A stretch of 64,000 nucleotides of DNA, taken from contig CM075988.1 of assembly GCA_038087875.1 (NCBI GenBank), positions 9,860,001 to 9,924,000 of the forward strand, given 5' to 3'. This DNA comes from Malacoraja senta. Taxonomy: Eukaryota. The notes under the pieces were generated by a model. That model worked only from the letters and a program-made list of their open reading frames with translations, was not told the origin of the DNA and ran no database searches. Shown here piece by piece: positions 32,395 to 43,975 of this stretch. How positions within the stretch are numbered: the first letter of the stretch is position 1; each line of letters begins with the position of its first letter. The position numbers were made by a program, and so were the translations under genes.

Positions 32395-33025
32395 CCATTG
32401 TCAGAGTGGGGCCAATTGGAGGAACAGCAGCTCATATTTTGCTTAGGCAGCCAACAACCCAGCAGGATGAATTTGATTTCTCTAACTTCTTGAAGTAACC
32501 CTTGCTTTCCCCCTCTCTCTCCAGCCTTATCCCACCCTAGTTCACCTACACTCAAAAAGATAAAGGTAAGTAGGTAAATATCAAAGCTGTAGTTGGGTCC
32601 CAATCTAAAATATTGTCCAGGAAGGAACTGCAGATGCTGGTTTGCACCAAAGGTAGACACAAAATGCTGGAGTAACTCAGTGGGACAGGCAGCATCTCTG
32701 GAGAAATGGAATGGGTGACATTTCGGGTCAAGACCCTTCTTCAGACTGAGAGTCAGGGGAGAGGGAGTCCAGAGATATGGAAGGATAAGGTGTGAAAACA
32801 CAGATCAAAACGGATGATGATAAGGAAATGTCAAATGGTTCATTGTTAGCTGAGGGAAGGTGACAACATGGCAAACAATCAGTAATATTTAATCAGGAGG
32901 ACAGTAGAACTAGTCGAAGAACCAGGATCTGCCCATTTTCCTCCACAGAGACTGCTTGGCTTGCTGAGTTCCTTGAACAGTTTGTTTCTTGCTCAAGATT
33001 CCAGCATCTGCAGTCTCTTGTGTCT
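32395..33025. mobile_element. Cluster of Penelope-like terminal fragments in both orientations
   Basis: LEEQQLIFCLGSQQPSRMN (GIY-YIG C-terminus) at 32416-32475; inverted terminus 32620-32925. Confidence 0.75.
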
Positions 33026-33118
33026 CTGTCATTCATACACTCTTCACCTTCTACTTGAGTTTGATTTGATTGTATTTACGTATTCTGTTGTGCTGCTGCA
33101 AGTAAGAACTTCATTGTT

Positions 33119-33983
33119 AAAGAAGGAACTGCAGATGCTGGAAAATCGAAGGTAGACAAAAATGCTGGAGAAACTCAGCGGGTGCAGCAGCATCTATGAA
33201 GCGAAGGAAATAGGCAACGTTTCGGGCCGAAACCCTTCTTCAGACTGATAGGGGGTGGGGAGAAGAAAGGAAAAAAGGCGGAGGAGGAGCCCGAGGGCTG
33301 GGGGAGGGGAGGAGACAACCAGAGGGCTGATGAAGGGGAGGGGACAGCAAGGGCTAGCAGAGTTGGGAGAATTCAATGTTCATGCCCCCAGGATGTAGAC
33401 TGCCCAAGCAGAATATGAGGTGCATTTCCTCCAATTTCCGGTGTTGCTCGCTGTGGCCATGGAGGAGACCCAGGATGAGATGCAAGACTCCTCCCTCGAT
33501 TCCATTCAAGGACCCAAGCAGTCGTTCCAGGTGCGACAGAGGTTCACCTGCATCTCCTCCAACCTCATCTATTGTATCCGCTGCTCTAGATGCCAGCTGA
33601 TCTACATCCGTGAGACCAAGCGGAGGCTTGGCGATCGTTTCGCCGAACACCTCCGGTCGGTCCGCAATAACCTACCTGACCTCCCGGTGGCTCAGCACTT
33701 CAACTCCCCCGCCCATTCCATATCTGACCTCTCTGTCCTGGGTCTCCTCTATGGCCACAGCGAGCAACACCGGAAATTGGAGGAAATGCACCTCATAGTC
33801 CACTTGGGCAGTCTACATCCTGGGGGCATGAACATTGAATTCTCCCAACTTTTTTCCTTTTTTCCTTTCTTCTCCCCACCCCCTATCAGTCTGAAGAAGG
33901 GTTTTGACCTGAAACGTTGCCTATTTCCTTCGCTCCATAGATGCTGCTGCACCCGCTGAGTTTCTCCAGCATTTTTGTGTACC
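33119..33983 (+). mobile_element. Penelope-like element fragment (GIY-YIG endonuclease) with inverted 5' copy
   Basis: FTCISSNLIYCIRCSRCQLIYIRETKRRLGDRFAEH...VAQHFN...LEEMHLI..LGSLHPGGMN; inverted arm 33119-33475; 16-bp TSD TAAGAACTT(C/A)ATTGTT at 33103-33118 and 33984-33999. Confidence 0.92.
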
Positions 33984-35372
33984 TAAGAACTTAATTGTTC
34001 TGTCTGGGACATATAACAATAAAACACTCTTGACTCTTGAGTATCTGATCTGAATGGATAGCATAAAAAAGCTTTCCACTGTATCTCAGTACACATGATA
34101 AAATAAACCTAAACCGATTTCTACCTTTGTGTATAAAAACTATGAAACATCCCAGTAATGGGAGAGCAGATAAAGATTCTCCAGAAGGCTTGTTTGTGAT
34201 GACTAAAGAGTTTTATATCCGGCAGCCCCAATCTCTAGTGATTCAGTTCACAGTCACACAAACACTTTCAATTTGGGAAATACTGTATTTTCTTTTGTGC
34301 AGTATATGCATTTATTATTACATTTCCGATTGCAACATGTCCATTCATTCCGTCTTCCTCCTTGATCTTCGTGTGATTGCTTGATGGTGTGACCGATTTA
34401 TGTGAAATGCACGATCGTTTTCAAGCACCCTTTCTCTGCATCCAATTAATAGGATGTTTCTGTGGAGGTTGTCTGAAGTTGTGAGGCAAAAGAAGGACAG
34501 CTGCAAATGGAAGACACGTCAGGGTGGCTAATGGCAGGCAAAAGTGTCACAAGAACACATGTCCTTCAGCAGCATAGAAGAAAAAACACATTGATGGACT
34601 GAGCGTGGGTTGGTGACAGAGAAGGGAAGATGCAAAATAATGTGCGTCTCTAAGCAGGTAATTCTGAAATTGAGTTAAGTGATATTTATAATACCGGCAC
34701 CAACGTCTGATGTCAATTTCCTCTGCCCACTGTTTTAATACAATCATGAAATTGTATATGTTTCAGCCAATATTCTCCCTTAAGCAGATGAACGTGCCAT
34801 TTATTAATAACGTAGATGCTCTAACCAATTCATTCTTTGCATTGTGATTAATTAAAATTTCTATTGATTTCCTTTTGTTTAACAACACTAGGCTGTTATG
34901 TATACTTAAATGTTAATTAGTTGCTGCTTTGAGTTCTTAGAAATACCTTATTACTGTCAATGCTGCAAAAAACGGAGTAAAACTAATCAAAGGGAACTAT
35001 AAATTATGCATGACTTCAATCTTTGGCATTTTCTCCATTCCTCGATCTAATACATATTTTTCTTCCCTTGATATTTTATTCATTGAAACATGTTGGATTT
35101 ATATTTCTGCATTTTCTGGATTGGTCCTTTATTTTAACACTCTAGAATGGCCAGGTTTGGTTAAAAAAATGTAAAAATAAATCCATGGCCTACTTTATGG
35201 TTTTTTTTAATAAATGGAATATACTTCAGTATTGAATTTGATGTCTTTCCTAATCCATCTTTTGCAGCAAAGTGTAATGAAAGATGGGAAAATGAAACAT
35301 TCCCAAGTGGGACAGTTTGTGGGTGGTTCAGAGGGTTGTAGTGCTCGAAAGCCTCCACCCATGGAGAAACAC

Positions 35373-35675
35373 TGGGCGGCACAGTACCACAGCAGTAGTA
35401 TTGCTGCCATTCAGCGCCAGAGACCCAGGTTCGATCCTCACTACGGGTGCTGTCTGTATGGAGTTTGTACGTTCTCCCTGTGACCTTGTGGGTTTTATCC
35501 GGTGCTCTGGTTTCCTCCCACATTCCAAAGAAGTACAGGTTTGTAGGTTAATTGTCTACTGTAAATTGACCCTAGTGTGTAGGATAGAATGATAGAATTA
35601 GTGTATTGGTGATTGTGGTTGGCAGGGAGTTGGTGGGTCAAAGGGCCCATTTCCATGCTGCATCTCTAAGCTAAA
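35373..35675 (+). mobile_element. HE1 / V-SINE
   Basis: Same head, core and tail as 24731-25040. Confidence 0.88.
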
Positions 35676-35832
35676 ATATTATACAAAACTGAGTTTTTTC
35701 TCCATCTCAAAGGATGATGACCCTTGCGAGGATATGGCTTTATTTGGACATCTCATTCAACTGACCTAAGTCGGCAATGCTATCTCTTCAAAGCTGGCTC
35801 CTGTCTATATCTATTGCCTTATTCCTTCGGCA

Positions 35833-35985
35833 GAAACAAGGAACTGCAGATGCTGGTTTAAAATAACATGACATAAAGTGCTGGAGTAACTCAGCGGGTC
35901 AGGCAGCATCTTTGAAGAATGTCACCTATCCTTGTTCTCCAGAGATGCTGCCTGACCCGCTGAGTTACTCAAGCACTTTGTAACG
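35833..35985. mobile_element. Palindromic Penelope-derived mini-element (hammerhead core deleted)
   Basis: AAAGTGCTGGAGTAACTCAGCGGGTCAGGCAGCATCT / AGATGCTGCCTGACCCGCTGAGTTACTCAAGCACTTT arms. Confidence 0.8.
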
Positions 35986-36417
35986 TATTCCTTCCGATGT
36001 AATTGGAAGCATTTATCTCTATGAACTGTGCATGCATTTTCCTATTGCAAGTGTTAATAACTTGAGACTGGCCAAGTCATTGCAAACTGTATGATAAATA
36101 TTTGAGGTTTCAACATGTGCTACTCAGCACAGTGCATTTAATATATAAAATGTAATACCTTGTGTATGATCTAAAAAATATGAATGTAATCAATTCTCTT
36201 CTAAGCCTAGTGTTCATTCATATAAGGCCTCCTTGGCTCAGCACTAGGCATTGGAATTCAGAATTTAAAATTAAAGTGAGCAGGGTGGATTGCGGGCGAG
36301 CTTGTGTGTAAGGGGAAAGTATTAAGCTAATGGGAACAGGGCGGCATGGTGGCGCAGCAGTGGATTGGATATACAAAGCTTTTCACTGTATCTCAGTACA
36401 TGTGACAATCACGTGAT

Positions 36418-36729
36418 GGGGCGGCACGGGGGCTAAGCGGTAGAGTTGCTGCCTTACAGCGCCAGAGACCTGGGTTTGAACCTGACGATGGGTGCTTGTC
36501 TGTACGGAGTTTGTACGATCTCCCCGTGACCCGCTTGGGTTTTCTCCAGGTGCTCTGGTTTCCTCCTGCAATCCAAAGACGTACAGGTTTGTAGGTTAAT
36601 TGGTTTGGTATAATTGTAAATTGTCCCTACTGTGTGTACGAGAGTGTAAGTGTGCGGGGATCATTGGTTGGCACAGACTCGGTGGGCCGAAGGGCCAGTT
36701 TTTGCACTGTATCCCTAAACTAAACTTAA
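36418..36729 (+). mobile_element. HE1 / V-SINE (extra head fragment at 36339-36362)
   Basis: GGGGCGGCACGG...AGAGACCTGGGTTTGAACC head; (CTAAA)n tail. Confidence 0.88.
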
Positions 36730-37125
36730 CCTACCTCTTAATATACAGACATCAATTTCAATTTTGAATGAGCTCAGTAAAATACAGCTTCCACTGCCTT
36801 TTGTGGTGGAAAATCTCAAAGAAATCTCAACTCTGAATTGTCTGCCTTTAACTTTGAGACTTTCCCCCCTCTTTACCCTGATTAAAGAATCGGGGTGTAG
36901 TTTAGTGGAGGGATCAGGACCTGCATAATTGTGGCATGGGTTGGGAAAAGTTGGGGCCAAAATCAATTGCTGTTTAGGGGTATGGAGACCATTTTGTGTT
37001 GGTGGGAAGAAAAGCCTTTGACATTCAGGGATTTAGGGAATCATCACCTGAGAACCAAGGGAACATTTGGAATATTGGGGCTTCAAGAGGTTTGAAGGTA
37101 GTTCGGGGACCTGTGATTTAGAATG

Positions 37126-37660
37126 AGTTGAGTTTAGTTTATTGTCGGGTGTAACAAGGTGCAAAAGCTTTTGTTCCGTGCTAACATGTCAGCGGAAAGA
37201 CGATACATGATTACAATCGAGCCGTCCACAGTGTACAGATACACGATGAAGGGAATAACGTGAATAATGCTTAGTGCAAGATAAAGTCCTGTAATGTCCA
37301 CTCAAAGATAGTCTGAGGGTCTCAAATGAAGTAGATAGAAGCTCAGATCTGCTCTCTAGTTGTTGGTAGAATGGTTCAGTTGTGTTTTAGCAGCTGGGAA
37401 GAAACTTTCCCTGAATCTGGAGGTGTTCGTTTTCACACTTCTATTCCTTTTGTTCAATGGGAGAGGGTAGAAGGGGGTGGCCAGGATGTGACTTGTCCTT
37501 GATTATGCTGGTGGCCTTGCTGAAGCAGCATGAGGTGTAAATGGAGACAATGGAAGGGTGGTTGGTTTGTGTAACGGTCTAGTCTGCGTCTACAATTCTC
37601 TGCAATTTCTTGCGGTGTTGGATGGAACTGTTCTCAAACCATGCTGTGATGCATGCCGAT
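37126..37660 (-). mobile_element. Rex1/Babar-like LINE 3' fragment
   Basis: LSACITAWFENSSIQHRKKLQRIVDAD; 3' UTR shared with 14985-15205, 19360-19661 and 41822-42318. Confidence 0.75.
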
Positions 37661-38234
37661 AAAAAAAATGTCTGCAGGCAGGGTAATGGCTGGGGAAGAT
37701 TGGTATGGTGGAGGGGGGAGTGGGTGGTGGGTTGGGTCATGCTGAGGGTTGCTAAAATTGAAGGATTAAAATGATCAATGGCTCTTCCTTTTATGGGTGC
37801 TAGTCCAGCAAGCAAGTCACTGTGATAGCCCATTGTCCCAGGGTCATCTCTTGATGGTCTTATCTGGACAGATTGGTCAAACTTCCCCATAATGTTTCAA
37901 ATGAGGTGTGGCAAAAGAATGGTGTGATTTAATGTGGACCTGAAGTGCAAAGCTTGTCATATGTATAGGCATGACAATGTGCCGGGTCAAGGTGCTACAA
38001 TGATAATTGAGTTGACAAAAGTTGCAATTATCCATCACATCCGTCTTGTGCTTAGTTCACAACAAAAGCAATCATGACTGCTTATGCGTGACAGCAACAA
38101 TTTGTTTAGCACAGTCGACACAGAGACATAGGTTGAACTGTGAGAGGACAAAATGACTTGTACAAATTATTCAGAGCAGGAGAGTCAGAGGAAAAGACGA
38201 AAGCAAAAAACTGCAGATGCTGGAAATCTGAAAT

Positions 38235-38640
38235 AAGAGTGATAAGGGCCCCTTCAATAAGGGTCGACGAGGGCGCCGGTCGGGTTCGGCGGTCGATGAG
38301 GCGCTGAGGGCTCGACGCTGGGAACAAAGGAGTACCCGGTGTGGGGACCGCTGTGAGGGGGGGGGGGAACGAATGAACCGGCTTGGGGGATCGCTATAAA
38401 GGGGGGAGAGGGGAAGAACAAAGGAGAACCCGGCAAGGGTGATCCACCGAGAGGTTGGGGGGGCTGTAGAGAACAAGAGTGGATCCGATGAGGGATACTT
38501 TGTAACTTTCTCAGCGCCCTTTATGTGGTGACTATTGCATATCGTGGGTATGCAAGCAAAGAATTTCACTGTGACCTGGCACATGTGACAATAAAGTATT
38601 CAATTCAATTCAGAATTCAATTCAATTAATTCAATTCAAT
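38235..38640 (+). mobile_element. GC-rich LINE 3' UTR or non-autonomous element with (TTCAA)n tail
   Basis: GAATTTCACTGTGACC..CACATGTGACAATAAAGTA(TTCAA)n; interrupts a Penelope terminus. Confidence 0.6.
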
Positions 38641-38947
38641 AACAACAGAGAGAGCTGGACATAATCAATAGGTCAGACTGCATCTGGGAAGAGAGAAATT
38701 TATATTTTCAGGGCAATGAAAGCAGACAAACACTAAACTAGGAATACACAATAGACTGCAGATGCAGGAATTTTTTAGAAAAAAACCCCAAAAGGTAATA
38801 TTTGTGGAGTGAAATTGTGTTGGGACTTGTTCAGTCTAAATAATGCACGAGAATGGTAATTGTTTAAAGGAGAAAAAGAATGAGATGTGGTGGAATGGAT
38901 TAATATGAGGTTAACGCTTAGCGGTGGGGAAGAGTAGGGGCACCACA

Positions 38948-38999
38948 GAAGGAAGGAAGGAAGGAAGGAAGGAAGGACGGACGGACGGACGGACGGACG

Positions 39000-39030
<31 letters not shown>
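38948..39030. repeat. Compound microsatellite (GGAA)n(GGAC)n(AGAC)n
   Basis: Direct reading. Confidence 0.97.
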
Positions 39031-39814
39031 AATACATAGATTGCTGGGTTAACTCAGGGGGGCAGGCAGTATCACTGGAGAACATGGATAGGTGATGTTT
39101 GGACCCTTCTTCAGATATCTTCCATCCGTGTTCTCCAGGGATGCTGCCTGATCCGTAGAGTTACTCCAGCACTTTGTTTCATTTGTTTAAAACCAGCATC
39201 TGTAGTTTCTTGTTGATAGATAGACAGAGAGACAACAAGGAAAACAAGCATACACACAGGAAAAGGGAAAACTAAAATATTAGATCAGATTCAGATTAGG
39301 TTATTGTCATATACTTCTATACATAAAATTCCTACTTTGCATGAAGCTCATAGAGTATCAGTAAGTACAATAAGTACAACAATAAAAATGATAAATGCAA
39401 AACTGTAGAATGGTGCAGGTGGTGATGCAATCTGAAGTGGTACAAAAAAAGCAAGAAGCAATCAAATGTGTAAATGGGGTAAACAGCAAACTCCCAAATA
39501 GCGAAGACCTGGCAAAGAGAGTCATCCCTGAGTCTGAGAATGGAGACGGGACTCATCATAACGATATAACCAAAACTCAGCTGTTTGCTGCAGGATGAGT
39601 CCTTCTGCTCAGTCGCTAATGATTATCACCAAGGAAGATCCAGCTACTCCTATCACCACCAGCTGCTGAATCTTCAGGGATTTATACTCCACCAGCAATG
39701 AATGTAGAACCATGTTGGATAATGCTAAAAACACACCCACTGGCTATGCATGTGATTATTATTGTGCAACTTTGGTGTGCAAAGGAAGAGATACACCTTG
39801 CATTATAATGTGTA

Positions 39815-40040
39815 GCAAGGAACTGATGCTGGTTTAAACTGAAGACAGACACAAAAAGCTGGAGTAAGCTGGAGTAACTCAGTGGGTCAGACAGCATCTG
39901 TGGAGAAAAGGAATAGATCACGTTTTGTCAAGACCCATCTTCAGACACAGAAGAAGGGTCTCGACCCAAAAAGTTACCTATTCCTTTTCTCCACAGATGC
40001 TGTCTGACCCACTGAGTTACTCCAGCTTTTTGTGTCTATC
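39815..40040. mobile_element. Palindromic Penelope-derived mini-element
   Basis: Near-perfect arms GACACAAAAAGCTGGAGTAA..CTCAGTGGGTCAGACAGCATCTGTGGAGAAAAGGAATAG and their complement; CCTTGCATTATAA flanks both sides (about 39796 and 40045). Confidence 0.82.
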
Positions 40041-40934
40041 TTTCCCTTGCATTATAAACTGATACAATTTTCCTTCAAGCTTCTGCTGATCTACAGTTAA
40101 TTTAATGCCATAGCACATCACACACTTCATGATCAGCAATTTTTCAATTGCATTGCCCTGAACGTAGGTAGAGATGTGCAATCGAATTTCACAACACACC
40201 ACTGGCACAAATGTCATCTCGCAAGAGTTCAAGTTGTGATATTCATCTGGGAAGACAAAGGAAAAACATGCTTTATAACAATTTCCTCAAGTACTAATGA
40301 GATTGTTGGATTGCATTGGGATTCTTATGTATCAATTGTGACAAGCAGTGAATAGTAGCAATTAATCACAATGCTCCTGTAATAATCATCTTTTCATACT
40401 TCTGAAGCAAATAGAACATGGCTTGACCCCCTAGATAAATCAAACAATCTAAAAATTACAATTGTAAATGGCTGCAAGCCAAGATTACATGACCAGGCAT
40501 GCACTGCTCTGTCCCATATGACTTAGTTTATGTCATCACTTTCCAGCTCATGTGTACTTTGTTCATGAGGCTTGAACATACCTTATCGCAGAAAACGATT
40601 TTCTCCCTAACTTCCTCGAACTCTCTGATATTCTAATCTCTTATATATGGCAGTTTGAATTGCTCCATCACTGATGGCCCTGTATAATGCAACATGGAAA
40701 ATGCAATTTTGTGCATTCAAATATCATTCCTGAAATACTGACACCAACAGAATGACTCATTCTTCTCACATCTGGGAGAATGTGCTCACAGAAAGGAAAC
40801 TGATGCTATTTTAGAAGATATATATTATTAGTAATAGATATAACAAAGCAAAAAATGAGTCAGAAAATATGGCAAAGTGGGTGGCATTCAGAAGTTATGG
40901 GGAAATTATATATGATTGACACTAATGGAGGTAC

Positions 40935-41275
40935 TTTCTCTAACTTCAAGTAACCCCTACATTCCGTCTCTCTCCATCCCTTCCCCAACCTAGTCGCACC
41001 AGCTTCTTGTTCTCACCTAGCAAACAGCTAATAATGGCCTGCTTCCTTTATCATCGTTACTTTTTTGCATATCTTTCATTCATTTGTTCTATATCTCTCT
41101 ACATCACCATCGATATCCCTCGTTTCCATTTCCCCTGACTCTCAGTCTGAAGAAGGGTCTCGACCCAAAATGTCACCTTCTATTTCTCCAAAGATGCTGT
41201 CTGACCCGCTGAGTTACTCCAGCTTTTTGTGTCCATCTTCGGTTTAAACCAGCATCTGCTGTTCCTTCCTACACA
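40935..41275 (+). mobile_element. Penelope-like 3' terminus (pseudo-LTR) with hammerhead-like core
   Basis: CAGTCTGAAGAAGGGTCTCGACCCAAAATGTCACC near 41144-41178. Confidence 0.8.
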
Positions 41276-41821
41276 AATACTTGTGTGGTGTGATGTACCT
41301 CCCAGTTTAAAACCTTAATATGACTGGCTGTTATGTTTCCTGCTAAAATTAATAAAGAATATAAAAATCACATAATTGTATGAAAAAAAATCAAAATCTG
41401 AACATCCTCAACAGACATGTGTACTTCTGCATTCTAGCTGCATCAGTTTTCCCCTAACAACTGAGTTATCTGTCTATAATCTGTAAATTGTGTTTCTTAA
41501 AATATTATCTACTGTTGACCTGTCTTTCTCAACAACTCCCAATGCACAGAATTCTCAATAGTATCACATAATTGAATTTTATTAAAAAATAGCCAAAGGA
41601 ATTTAAAAATATTCTGGGGAAGGAATATTAAAAGTAATTTTTGGAAACTCCTATTTCCAATTTGGCAAACACAACGATTAAAGTGTTCAACTTGCATTCC
41701 TGATGGGCCAATTACTTATCCTTCAACAAATATTTCTGCTACTACTGCCACTCAAGCGCAGTGCCTCTCAATATTGTCCTAATCATTTATTTCTCATGGC
41801 AATTTTTGACCAATACCTTAT

Positions 41822-42318
41822 TTGAGTTTGAATTTAGTTTATTGTCATGTGTACCGAGGTACAGTGAAAAGTTTTTGTTGGGTGCTAACCAGCCAGTGAA
41901 AAGACAATACATCATTACAATTGAGCCATACCCAGTGTACAGATAGACACAAAATGCTGGAGTAACTCAGCGAGACAGGCAGCATCTCTGGGTAGATGGA
42001 ATGGGTGTCATTTCGGGTCGGGTCGAAACCCTTCTTCAGACTGAGTCAGGGGAGAGGGAGATACAGAGATAAGGAAGTGTTGGGTGTGAAAATGAAACAA
42101 AGGGGATGACCTCAAAGAAAATGTACATAGAATAGATCATTGTTAGCAAGGAGAAGGTAACAGTGTACAAATAGACGATAAAGGGAATAAAGTGAATACA
42201 TTTAGTGCTCCAGTAAAGTCCAGTAAAGTCCGATCAAAGGTAGTCCGAGGGTCTCAAATGAGATAGATTGTAGTTCAGAACTGCTCTCTAATGGCTGGTA
42301 GGATGGTTCAGTTGCCTG
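41822..42318 (-). mobile_element. Rex1/Babar-like 3' UTR interrupted by a Penelope terminus (about 41945-42160)
   Basis: CAGTGTACA(G/A)ATAGAC duplicated around the insert. Confidence 0.7.
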
Positions 42319-42764
42319 CACAATCGCAGGTTTGATGATCATCAAAAGAATCATTGAAATTACGATGTAGATTCATGGCAAAATACAATCTGGGTAATTG
42401 TTTCATCATTAGATTCAGCTTCTAAAATGAATAAATTAAAAGTAAATAAAAGATTAATAAACATAGATGCTGAAAAACTGTAATAAACCACAAAACATCA
42501 AGAGTCCAGAGTCAGAATTGTTTAGTCATTGGCAATGGGAATGGAACAATGACATTCTTACTTGCTTCAGCTTTATGGGCACATTAACACAACAACACAA
42601 CAAGTACAGTAAATAATGATACAATAAATTATCAGTTATATTTGATAACCAGACTATAATTGTGCAAGTCAAAGTACATGGTGCAATCTTTAAAAAGTCC
42701 ATTGTAGTTTGCTGCTGAGTTGGGGTTATAGTTAGGGTTGTTCAGGATGGTTCAAGAGCCTGAT

Positions 42765-42939
42765 TTGTGTTCTTCTTATCAAATCCACACACAAGATTAC
42801 TTGTTCAACTAGAGCTGAACACACTTCTCGGCATCTGCATACAATGGTGCCTGTCTTGCGCTTCTTGTGCTTCTTGTGCGTGGTGGTGGAAAGATTGGTG
42901 GAAACAGGGCCGCGACGTGAATGGTCTTTCCTTGACCCC
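42765..42939 (-). mobile_element. 175-bp non-autonomous retroposon with 5' HDV-like ribozyme and AAG tail
   Basis: TSD (C)AAGAGCCTGAT at 42753-42764 and 42939-42950; minus-strand 3' end GATAAGAAGAACACAA; inserted in an older Rex-like fragment (42500-43080). Confidence 0.85.
42888..42939 (-). ncRNA. Minimal HDV-like ribozyme motif (P3 damaged in this copy)
   Basis: P1 GGGGTC/GGCCCT with G1.U wobble, P2 GGAAAGA/TCTTTCC (perfect), P3 CCA/CGC, L3 TTCACGT, G for P1.1, stub P4 TTTCCA, J4/2 CCAA. Confidence 0.72.
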
Positions 42940-43216
42940 AAGAGCCTGATGGATGATAGGAAGAAGCTCTTCTTGAAGTTAGAAGTTCATGCTCCCGTCC
43001 TTTCTTCCTGATGATAGGAGCGAGATGAGAGCGTGGCCAAGGTGGTGTAGGTCTTTGTTGATTTAGGTTGCCTTCTTGAATTTCCTGTTATATTTCTAGA
43101 GTAAGTAAATTGAGAATAACAAAAATTAAAGCCTATAGGTCAGGCAGCATCTGTGGAAAGAATAATATTTTGGTTCATAGACGTGTTAGCAAAATATATT
43201 GAACTTTAAGAGGTTT

Positions 43217-43430
43217 GGGCAGCATGGTGGCACAGCGATAAAGTTGCTGCCTTGCAGCGCCAGAGACCCGGGTTTGATTCTAACTACGGATGCTGTTTGT
43301 ACTGAGTTTCTACGTTCTACACATGACCTACGTGGGTTTTCTCCGAGATCTCCGGTTTCATCCCACATGTCAAAGATGTTTTGATTTGTAGGTTAATTGG
43401 CTTGGTATAACTGTAAATTGTCCCTAGTGT
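43217..43430 (+). mobile_element. HE1 / V-SINE, 3'-truncated
   Basis: Head and core as in other copies. Confidence 0.85.
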
Positions 43431-43699
43431 GCAACATTTCGGGTAAAGACTCTTCTTCAGACTGATGGTCTGAACGATGATAAAGAAGACGGCTTGATTG
43501 AATCACACAAGATCCAGAGGAGTCTTGAACAATGGATTTGGAGTATTTCCGCTTGTGGAGGAATTCAAAACTAAGGGTCACGGTCAGTGTTTTTTTGCAG
43601 ACAAAATATGCTTCATGTCAAGGAGACACCAATTAAAGCAGAAATAAGATCATTGTTTTATTTTCTCAGTGTTGTGGATCTTTCGGATTCTCTTCCTAA

Positions 43700-43975
43700 A
43701 GGGCCTGTCCCACTTGGGCGTCATTTGCGCTTCATTTATGCGACATCATTTACGCGTCACGACGCACGACGCGCCCATCGTGATGTGCATGTGATGCACG
43801 CATGGCGTGCATTATGCGTGCATGGCGTGCATTATGCATGCATGGCGCGTGGTGAGGCGTGGTGGCATAGGCAGTGACGCGCGGTCACGCACGTCGCCCC
43901 AGGATTTTGGGATTCACAAATTCTTTGCGCGATACCTGGGTGACGCGCAAATGGCGCCCAAGTGGGACAGACCCT
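43700..43975. mobile_element. MITE, same family as 17780-17987, inserted in an old CR1 3' fragment (43520-44170)
   Basis: TIRs AGGGCCTGTCCCACTTGGGCG / CGCCCAAGTGGGACAGACCCT; TAA and TTA flanks; internal GCATGGCGTGCATTATGC duplication. Confidence 0.85.

Noticed and set aside
35373..35445. tRNA gene
   Set aside because: tRNA-like A/B boxes are the head of an HE1/V-SINE and continue into SINE core and CR1-derived tail; same for the other copies
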